DNA of 41,238 nt from an uncultured Candidatus Saccharibacteria bacterium (GTDB taxonomy: Bacteria > Patescibacteriota > CALEFQ01): NCBI GenBank assembly GCA_964391305.1, contig CAYMJO010000002.1, positions 1-41,238 of the forward strand, given 5' to 3'. A program made the translations under genes and the position numbers. Each line of letters begins with the position of its first letter. Within the stretch, counting starts at the first letter, position 1. Positions 34,074 through 41,238 of this stretch are shown here, in pieces. The notes beneath the pieces are model-generated. The model worked only from the letters and a program-made list of their open reading frames with translations. It was not told where the DNA came from and made no database searches.

Positions 34074-35550
34074 AATAAAGCTTTCTAGCGGTTATGAACG
34101 CTACTTTGTGCGTGCCGGGAGCCGCTGGCCTTTTTCTACAAAGAAAAAGAGGGAAGAAAAGCTTGAATATGTGCCTTTTCCGTTTTATTTGGCATATTCC
34201 GCGGCATTGCTTAAGAAAGAGGGATTTGAAGTGCATGCGTACGATGGTGTGGCTTTGAATGTGACCGAAAAATTTTTTTTAAAAAAAGTAAAAGAAATAA
34301 ATCCGGATATTGTACTCTTTGAAACTTCTACGCCGACAATTTCAGAAGATTTGAAATTCGCCAAGGAAATTAAGAAGCAAACCTCTAGGGTTGTAATATG
34401 TCTTGCCGGACCGCACGTGACGACTTTTCCGAAGAAAACTTTGGAAAGTTGTAAAGAAATTGATTATGTTTTACTGCAAGAATACGAGCTTTCCTTTCTA
34501 GATCTTTGTAAAATTTTGAAAGAAAAGCAATCCCCTGAAAATATAAAAGGAATTGCTTACAGGAAAGATGGACCGATTCAAATTAATAAGGCAGATTTGA
34601 TAGATCCGCTGAATCAGCTACCATTTCCAGATAGAACAATTTTCCCATCCAACGATAAACCGGACATAAACGTTTACTGGGACGGTTTCTGCCAATACAA
34701 ACCGTCTGTGCAAATGCATGCCTCTAGAGGCTGTCCGTTTCGATGTAATTTTTGTCTCTGGAATCAAGTCATGTATCAAAATGGAAAGTACCGAATGTTT
34801 CCTCCAAAACGCATCGTCGATGAAATGATAGACGCTCAAAAAAAATTTGGCGCCAAGGAAATTTATTTCGATGATGATACGTTTACGGCGGATAAAAAAC
34901 AAGTTTTGAGTATTTGCAAAGAAATCAAGCGGAGAGGTTTGAATATCAAATGGTCGGTGATGGGCGACGCGATGATTTCGGATAAAGAAATGATCGACGC
35001 CATGGCAGACGCCGGTTGTATCGGCATGAAATTTGGAGTCGAATCCGGTAATTTGAAAATCTTAAAACATATCAAAAAGCCCGTGAATTTCGATAAATTG
35101 AGAAAAGTTGCCAAATGGTGCGCGGCTCGAAAAATCAAAACCCACGCGACTTTTACCTTTGGGCTTTCTGGAGAAAGCGCGCAGACGATGGAAGAAACCC
35201 TGGACTTGGCAAAAAGTCTCGATGTTGATTCGGTACAATTTAGCATTACCACTCCATTCCCCGGAACGCGCTATTACGACGAATTAAGAGAAGAAGGAAG
35301 ATTGCTCGCGAAAAACTGGAAAGAATATGACGGCGCTTCGTCTTCGATTGTCAAATTTGAGCATTTGGAAAATAAGGAAGTGGAGAATTTTTGCGCAACG
35401 GCGAGCGGCAAATGGCTGCGCAACAAAGCTGTGAAGCCCACTTGGGTTCTTAGACAAATATTCAATCTCAACCGATTACGCAGGGGACAGGGGACAAAGG
35501 CTATTTTCAGTCGAGTCAAACGTGGATTCGAACTGGCTTCTCATAAATGA
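34042..35550 (+). CDS. B12-binding-domain radical SAM enzyme (class B)
   Basis: The B12-like segment is DIVLFETSTPT...VICLAGPHVTTFP. The cluster motif is ASRGCPFRCNFC. Its first 32 nt overlap the end of the giant gene in another frame. Confidence 0.85.
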   Translation: MKILLANPPCRIKLSSGYERYFVRAGSRWPFSTKKKREEKLEYVPFPFYLAYSAALLKKEGFEVHAYDGVALNVTEKFFLKKVKEINPDIVLFETSTPTISEDLKFAKEIKKQTSRVVICLAGPHVTTFPKKTLESCKEIDYVLLQEYELSFLDLCKILKEKQSPENIKGIAYRKDGPIQINKADLIDPLNQLPFPDRTIFPSNDKPDINVYWDGFCQYKPSVQMHASRGCPFRCNFCLWNQVMYQNGKYRMFPPKRIVDEMIDAQKKFGAKEIYFDDDTFTADKKQVLSICKEIKRRGLNIKWSVMGDAMISDKEMIDAMADAGCIGMKFGVESGNLKILKHIKKPVNFDKLRKVAKWCAARKIKTHATFTFGLSGESAQTMEETLDLAKSLDVDSVQFSITTPFPGTRYYDELREEGRLLAKNWKEYDGASSSIVKFEHLENKEVENFCATASGKWLRNKAVKPTWVLRQIFNLNRLRRGQGTKAIFSRVKRGFELASHK

Positions 35551-35565
35551 TCATTTTTTACTTCG

Positions 35566-37029
35566 ATGAAACATAAATCTGAAATATTATTCGTAAATCC
35601 CGGCAGATATCTCTACGCTTATCCATCCCTTGGAATTGGATATCTGTCTTCTTATTTAAAAAAATATTCGAAATATGTTGAAAAAATTTCTCTAGCCGAT
35701 GAGAACGCCAAGGAGGTACCCGAAGATATTATAAAAGAAAATAGGCCGCGAATAGTCGGAATTATAGCTTCAACACCACAGATAAACCGGGCTCATGCAA
35801 TCGCAGAATTTTGCAAGGCTATGGATAAGGATATCATCTGTATTGTAGGAGGCGTGCATACATCCATATTGCCAAAAAGAACTCTTAAGGAATTTCCATG
35901 TTTCGATGTTGGGGTTTGCGGTGAAGGCGAAGAAACACTCAAGGAACTCGTTGACAATATTTTTGAAGCAGACTTCAGGCTCGACAAAGTAGACTGTTCG
36001 TCTATCAAAGGTTTAGTATATCGTAAGGAAGATAAGGTGTTTGTTTCCCCAAAAAGAGAGCTGATCAAAAATCTAGACACAATACCGATACCGGACAGAC
36101 GTTTGTACAATTTGAAATTTTATTTAAAGCCTAGACAAGCGATTAGAGGCGTTGCACGCAAGGCCGTTCAGATGATGAGCTCTCGAGGATGCCCTTATAA
36201 TTGCCGGTTCTGCTCCAGTTGTATCATGTGGGAAAGAAAAGTAAGATTTCATTCTTCAGAGCGTTTTATCGAAGAAGTTGAAGATCTAATCAGTCTCGGG
36301 TTTAATGGCTTCTTCCTACACGATGACACTTTTATCGCAGACAAAAAAAGAGTCCACCAAATTTGTGAGTTGTTGATAAAGAAGAACTATCATAAAAAAT
36401 TGATCTGGGCGGCGCAGCTTAGGCCCAATTTGATAAATAATGAAGATGATGTTGAAATGCTGCGGCTAATGAAAAAAGCTGGTTGTCTTCAGGTCGAATA
36501 TGGCTTCGAGAGCGGCTCCGACAAAGTTTTATCTTTTCTAAAAAGAAACTCCGCCACCATCAAGCAAAATCAGAAAGCAATTGATTTGACAAAAAAATCC
36601 GGTTTAAGAATCTTCGGCAACTTTATGTTGGGAACACAAGGAGAGACAAAAGAAGATATTATCAAGACAAAGAAATTTGTTCTTCGAAACAGCAACAAAC
36701 TGGATTATTTTCAAGCGTATATCACAACACCATATCCGGGAACGGAATTATGGGATCTTTGTAAAAAAGAAGGATTGCTCAAAGACGTTACTTGGGAAAA
36801 GTTTGGCATGGGAATTCTGGATGAAGTCGTTTTTTCCAACACGGTCGATCATGATTTCGTTTTGCAAACAGTGAGAGAATTGACACAGCACGCCGTGGGA
36901 AAAATTTCTACCATAGATAAACTAAAATGGCTGCGAGTAAGACTGGCGGATGATCCTAAATATGTCTTTAATATGTTAAAAGAACACTTTTTCCAAAGTG
37001 CTTCTATCAAATCACACGATGACAAGTAA
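35566..37029 (+). CDS. B12-binding-domain radical SAM enzyme (class B)
   Basis: The B12-like segment is IVGIIASTPQ...ICIVGGVHTSILP. The cluster motif is SSRGCPYNCRFC. Confidence 0.85.
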   Translation: MKHKSEILFVNPGRYLYAYPSLGIGYLSSYLKKYSKYVEKISLADENAKEVPEDIIKENRPRIVGIIASTPQINRAHAIAEFCKAMDKDIICIVGGVHTSILPKRTLKEFPCFDVGVCGEGEETLKELVDNIFEADFRLDKVDCSSIKGLVYRKEDKVFVSPKRELIKNLDTIPIPDRRLYNLKFYLKPRQAIRGVARKAVQMMSSRGCPYNCRFCSSCIMWERKVRFHSSERFIEEVEDLISLGFNGFFLHDDTFIADKKRVHQICELLIKKNYHKKLIWAAQLRPNLINNEDDVEMLRLMKKAGCLQVEYGFESGSDKVLSFLKRNSATIKQNQKAIDLTKKSGLRIFGNFMLGTQGETKEDIIKTKKFVLRNSNKLDYFQAYITTPYPGTELWDLCKKEGLLKDVTWEKFGMGILDEVVFSNTVDHDFVLQTVRELTQHAVGKISTIDKLKWLRVRLADDPKYVFNMLKEHFFQSASIKSHDDK

Positions 37030-38221
37030 TCCCACAAGTTCCCGTAAGTCAAAACTAAGAAAAAGAATCGGGGTAGTTGTCGGACAGATGATACAAATCG
37101 GCGGAGTTGGAATTGTAGCCATGGAAGAAGTAAGGAATTTCAGAAAGCTTGGATATGACGCAGAGCTCATCGTAATAAAAGAGAAAAAAGGATTTTTGGA
37201 ACATAAAAAACTGGCAAGCGACATTCCTCTTCGGTTTCTCTCAAGAGATTTCCCTTGGTGGGCCAAGATAAATTTCAAAATTCCAGGTTTTTCGTTCTTC
37301 TCTCTTTTTCATCTTTTGGCTTACTTCGCGATACCAAAAATGATAAAGAAAGGAGATTACGATCTTTTGATCGTCCACGAAACTTATAATTGCTTTTCGG
37401 TTTTACGTTTGCAGCGGAAGGGAATACCCTGTATAGCCTACATCTTCGATCCGATTTCACATGTTCTTCCCAGTGTTTATAAGAAAAAATTTCTAAGACA
37501 CTTTTTCCCCGTAATTCTTCCCATCGCGAAGCATTTTGATAAAAAGTTTGTCAGAGACAGCTCAATGACATTTGTAGGATCAAATGTTCACTTGAATTTT
37601 TACAAATCCCTCGACGTAGATGCAAGTAAGATCAAAGTAATCTATCCGGGAATTGTGCCGGAGCCAAATTATCCGGACACAAAACGCACGTACATAATGG
37701 CTCTGACCAAATGGGCCACAGGCAAAAAGCCAGGTTTTCTGATTAAGGTTTTGAAAAATTTGAAGAACAAAAAAATCAGATTGATAGTTGCGGGAAATTG
37801 GGCAACTCCCGAACTAAAAAGAGAGTTTTTGGAAAAAGCCAAAAGCGCCGGTCTGCAAAATAGAATCGAAGTCACCGGCCGCATTAGTAATGAGGAAAAA
37901 ACGAAGCTGTTTTCTTATGCTTTGGCGTTGATTCATCCTATATTTGAAGGATTTGGAATGTTCGCGCTCGAAGCGGCAACCTGTGGTTGTCCAACAATAA
38001 TGCCCGAAAAATCCGGCGTAACCGATGTTCTCAAAAATGGCAAAGAGGGAATATTCCTGTCTGAAGGCGATGTAAAAGCTTTTGTCAAACATCTCGATGA
38101 TTTTATTGATAATCCAAAGCTGGCTATTGAAATGGGCAAGCGTGCCAGAGAAGTGGCAAATAAGTACACATGGGTTTACCACGTCAAAAGGATAGAAAAA
38201 GAAATCAAGAACATTATATAA
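37019..38221 (+). CDS. GT4-family glycosyltransferase
   Basis: E-x7-E motif in PIFEGFGMFALEAATCGCPTIM. ATG at 37019 is preferred; the GTG at 36998 is possible. It overlaps the upstream gene end. Confidence 0.8.
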   Translation: MTSNPTSSRKSKLRKRIGVVVGQMIQIGGVGIVAMEEVRNFRKLGYDAELIVIKEKKGFLEHKKLASDIPLRFLSRDFPWWAKINFKIPGFSFFSLFHLLAYFAIPKMIKKGDYDLLIVHETYNCFSVLRLQRKGIPCIAYIFDPISHVLPSVYKKKFLRHFFPVILPIAKHFDKKFVRDSSMTFVGSNVHLNFYKSLDVDASKIKVIYPGIVPEPNYPDTKRTYIMALTKWATGKKPGFLIKVLKNLKNKKIRLIVAGNWATPELKREFLEKAKSAGLQNRIEVTGRISNEEKTKLFSYALALIHPIFEGFGMFALEAATCGCPTIMPEKSGVTDVLKNGKEGIFLSEGDVKAFVKHLDDFIDNPKLAIEMGKRAREVANKYTWVYHVKRIEKEIKNII

Positions 38222-38227
38222 ATCTTA

Positions 38228-39712
38228 ATGATAGCCTTTGTTTCAAATAGTAAAAATATACGAAGTATGACTGTTCCTGTTCATTATCTTAACATGTCGT
38301 CGTTCTTGACAGCTCATGGAATCGAAAATGACATTATCGAAGTCAAAGAACGATCTAGATTTATAGATAGGCCTTCCGAATATTACGATAACATTTTGAT
38401 TAACAGAATAAAGAAAAAACCCTATAAATATATCGGGCTTTCTTGCTATACGACAGATTATAATACAACATTAAAACTTATTAAAAAAATAAAGAAGGCG
38501 TTGCCCGACGTAAAAATTATAATTGGAGGACCACATGTGACTTTGCGTCCCAAGGATCCATTTCTTTCAAAAGCCCCCGTGGATGTAGTCATTATAGGAG
38601 AAGGAGAATATCCACTATTAAATATTTTAAAAAAGAAGAAAAGTCTGCATGAGATTGACGGCGTTTGTTTCAAAGAAAAAGGAAAAATCATAATTAACAA
38701 ACCACAATGTCTAGCTAAAGATCTGACGCACATTCCATTGCCCGCATACGACAAGATTGACATGGATTTTTATCTGCGACCTGACAATATGGGAATAAGA
38801 TTTTTGGTGACATCGTGCATACATATTTTTACGAGTCTTGGCTGTCCGTTCAACTGCGTCTTCTGCGCAAATAAAGGGCTGTACAAAGCGCAAAATAGTA
38901 GTAAAATAGTCAGATGTAAAAGCGTTGATCAAGTTATCAATGAAATCAAATTTTTAAAAAAGAAATACGGCATGGAAGCTTTTTACATACAGGACGACAC
39001 CCTTACGCTAGATAAAAAAAGAGTTAAAGAAATATGCCGTCGATTGAAAAAGGAAAAGCTTAACATGCTTTGGGGAGCAGAGACGCGAGTAAACCTTATC
39101 AACGAAGATCTTATTGTAAAAATGAAATATGCTGGATGCCGTCAACTCGATTTTGGAGTTGAGGCGGCAACTCAAGAAGCGCTGGACAGAATCAAAAAGA
39201 AAATAACTATCGAAGAGACCAAGAAGGCTTTTGCATTATGCCGAAAACATGGGATAAGAACGGGGGCAAATATCATGCTCAATATTCCAGGAGAAACGGA
39301 AAGGGATGTGAAAGAAATCAAAGGATATCTGAAATCTCTCAAAGCGGACGTATATTACATCGCTCTCACTGTTCCTTTTATTGGAACGGAAGCGTATGAC
39401 AAATATGTGAAACCTCGACTCACTCTCAAAGAGTACTCCCTTTTTGAAAATCCTTTTTTGTACGGCACTATCATTGACAAGCGCTTTCGACTGGCGAAGC
39501 ACAATCTGCCGCTCGAAAAAATCATTGCCAAAATGCGAGTTTCCTTGGTTCTGCCCAAAACAATTTTGGATTTTCCCCTACGCATGTTTTATATAAAATA
39601 TCTATGGAAATCGAAATATAAGCTGGCAATTTTATACTCAATGGCGAAAAACTTTATAGCCGTATTTAATCTAGGCTTGGAATTTTTGTTCAGAAAGAAA
39701 TCTCCTCAATAA
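38228..39712 (+). CDS. B12-binding-domain radical SAM enzyme (class B)
   Basis: The B12-like segment is YIGLSCYTTDY...KIIIGGPHVTLRP. The cluster motif is TSLGCPFNCVFC. Confidence 0.85.
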   Translation: MIAFVSNSKNIRSMTVPVHYLNMSSFLTAHGIENDIIEVKERSRFIDRPSEYYDNILINRIKKKPYKYIGLSCYTTDYNTTLKLIKKIKKALPDVKIIIGGPHVTLRPKDPFLSKAPVDVVIIGEGEYPLLNILKKKKSLHEIDGVCFKEKGKIIINKPQCLAKDLTHIPLPAYDKIDMDFYLRPDNMGIRFLVTSCIHIFTSLGCPFNCVFCANKGLYKAQNSSKIVRCKSVDQVINEIKFLKKKYGMEAFYIQDDTLTLDKKRVKEICRRLKKEKLNMLWGAETRVNLINEDLIVKMKYAGCRQLDFGVEAATQEALDRIKKKITIEETKKAFALCRKHGIRTGANIMLNIPGETERDVKEIKGYLKSLKADVYYIALTVPFIGTEAYDKYVKPRLTLKEYSLFENPFLYGTIIDKRFRLAKHNLPLEKIIAKMRVSLVLPKTILDFPLRMFYIKYLWKSKYKLAILYSMAKNFIAVFNLGLEFLFRKKSPQ

Positions 39713-39734
39713 ACTTAAATTAACGCTACATACA

Positions 39735-40400
39735 ATGAACCAAAATCAACTCAAAAATTCAGAAGCAGGTTACGATAAATTGCACTCCGATGAGGGATTT
39801 GCCGAAGAGCCGGAATATTATGAAATTTTGGGCTCGTTCCTTCGCGGAAATAAATCTGTCGATATCGGCTGCGGATCTGGTTTGATTGAAATTTTTTCTC
39901 CAGATACGGTCGCCGTTGACTTTTCAAAAAAGGCTTTGGAAATTGCGAAGAAAAAGGGAGCAAAGACTACAGTCCAGGCTCCAGCGGAGAAACTGCCTTT
40001 TAAAAACGATGAATTTCAAGTATCGTTGAGCAACGGTGTTCTTGAGCACTGTGTCGGCCAAACGAAAGCAGTATCGGAAATGGTTCGTGTTTCCAAAATA
40101 CAAATTCTTATCGTTCATGCCAAGCTTCCATTCCCATTTGCCCAACTCCGACCACTGACTAATAAAATCTTCGGACTTAAAGATCAACCGGTTGAAAATC
40201 CACTTTCCTTGCGAGAGATCAAAAGAATTCTCAAGGAAGCGGGATCAAGAACATTTATTGAGGGGGTTTGGAACTATATTGATCCTCGATGGATTTGGAA
40301 AAGGCTTCCATATGGTTTGATCAAATGGCCTTCACACTATTTCATTGTTGGCATGAAGACCAATAATACCGAGCGCAAGTTTTTAGGAGATATGAAATAA
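39735..40400 (+). CDS. Class I SAM-dependent methyltransferase
   Basis: Motif I is VDIGCGSGLIE, followed by LSNGVLEHC. Confidence 0.75.
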   Translation: MNQNQLKNSEAGYDKLHSDEGFAEEPEYYEILGSFLRGNKSVDIGCGSGLIEIFSPDTVAVDFSKKALEIAKKKGAKTTVQAPAEKLPFKNDEFQVSLSNGVLEHCVGQTKAVSEMVRVSKIQILIVHAKLPFPFAQLRPLTNKIFGLKDQPVENPLSLREIKRILKEAGSRTFIEGVWNYIDPRWIWKRLPYGLIKWPSHYFIVGMKTNNTERKFLGDMK

Positions 40401-40439
40401 TATTCACTTAATCCAATATTTTAATTAATTTGGACATTT

Positions 40440-41222
40440 ATGGAATATATTAAGTGCGATTTGTGCGGCGCGGACGATTATACTCGCTTGTATCGATTGA
40501 AGCAGATTTTTATTTCAAAAGAAGCTTTTTTCACACTGGTCAAATGCAAGAAGTGCGGACTTATTTACATTAATCCGCAACCAGACAAGCAAGAAATGTT
40601 GCCTTACTATATGGAACTAGAAAATTACTATGCCTATAAGAGTGATGAGAATGATAGTACTGAACTATACACCAGATTATTGCACAGCATCTCCAACCAT
40701 GCTATCCGTGAAGCTTTCAAAGAACGTCATCCCATAAATATCGGCTTGTTGCTTTACTATATCTCTCGGCATCGTTTTAGTACGTTTCCAAGAGAGAAAC
40801 GAAATCATGGAAAAATACTGGATGTCGGAACTGGATCGGGTTTTTACCTAAAGCAAGTCAAGAAGCTTGGCTGGAATGTGTACGGCGTGGATATAAATGC
40901 CCAGGCTGCCAAGATAGCTAATCGAAACGGACTTAATGTCTTTTGTGGCGAACTTGCCGATGCAAAGTATCCCAACAATTTTTTTGACTTGATAAGAATA
41001 TCCATGGTTTTAGAACATGTTCACAGCCCCAGAGAATATATCAATGAAGCTTATCGTGTTCTGAAGCCAGGCGGTCTTCTGGGAATTTCCGTGCCAAACA
41101 TTGGAGGATATACGGCGCATCTGTACAAAGAAAAGTGGGCAATCCTTGATGTTCCCCAACATCTTTTTCAATTCACCGACAAGTGTTTTGCATACGGACA
41201 TTTTGCACTCGGTTTAAGATAA
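40440..41222 (+). CDS. Class I SAM-dependent methyltransferase with an N-terminal CxxC...CxxC zinc ribbon; the C-terminus may be truncated by a frameshift
   Basis: Zinc ribbon: KCDLCGADDY...VKCKKCGLIYINP. Motif I is ILDVGTGSGFY, followed by ISMVLEHVHSP. The stop at 41220-41222 follows a TTT run, and another frame stays open to the window end (see finding). Confidence 0.7.
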   Translation: MEYIKCDLCGADDYTRLYRLKQIFISKEAFFTLVKCKKCGLIYINPQPDKQEMLPYYMELENYYAYKSDENDSTELYTRLLHSISNHAIREAFKERHPINIGLLLYYISRHRFSTFPREKRNHGKILDVGTGSGFYLKQVKKLGWNVYGVDINAQAAKIANRNGLNVFCGELADAKYPNNFFDLIRISMVLEHVHSPREYINEAYRVLKPGGLLGISVPNIGGYTAHLYKEKWAILDVPQHLFQFTDKCFAYGHFALGLR

Positions 41223-41238
41223 TCCGAGAGCTTGATTA

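Noticed and set aside
1-41238. CRISPR arrays, mobile elements, and alternative genetic code
   Set aside because: There are no regularly spaced direct repeats and no transposase-, integrase- or recombinase-like ORFs. TGA, TAA and TAG all terminate ORFs at family-typical lengths, so the standard bacterial code fits.

Overview
AT-rich bacterial sequence using the standard genetic code, with no Shine-Dalgarno signals; probably from an uncultivated lineage, but taxonomy cannot be settled from this window. It is essentially one large envelope-glycan biosynthesis island. I support 31 CDS, 29 of them on the + strand.

Gene content, left to right:
- a 3' gene fragment, then a GT4 glycosyltransferase
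- a dTDP-6-deoxyhexose (rhamnose-type) operon: RmlB, an NRS/ER-like epimerase-reductase, and long-form RmlA, with no RmlC
- a secreted four-repeat protein
- a two-gene minus-strand unit of unknown function
- a Wzx-like flippase, three GT2 enzymes, and five GT4 domains (two of them fused in one protein)
- an SDR epimerase/dehydratase carrying an embedded zinc ribbon
- seven radical SAM enzymes: five with B12-binding domains (class B) and two SPASM-like
- five class I SAM methyltransferases
- three AftD/DUF3367-like GT-C membrane modules, two of them fused in tandem in a 1957-aa protein

I saw no rRNA, tRNA, CRISPR array, transposase or integrase.

The most interesting signal is the radical SAM and methyltransferase tailoring blocks wrapped around the tandem GT-C modules. 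The last 14 genes form a ~21.8-kb same-strand run with no gap above ~40 nt. I do not know of a characterised pathway with this enzyme combination.

Secondary signals:
- long intergenic palindromes, two of which share a GGCTCGGT/CCGAGCCT core
- a GC-rich intergenic island upstream of rmlB
- back-to-back consensus promoters
- a possible 1-nt frameshift in the last gene

All family assignments rest on motif recognition by eye and recall, not database searches.
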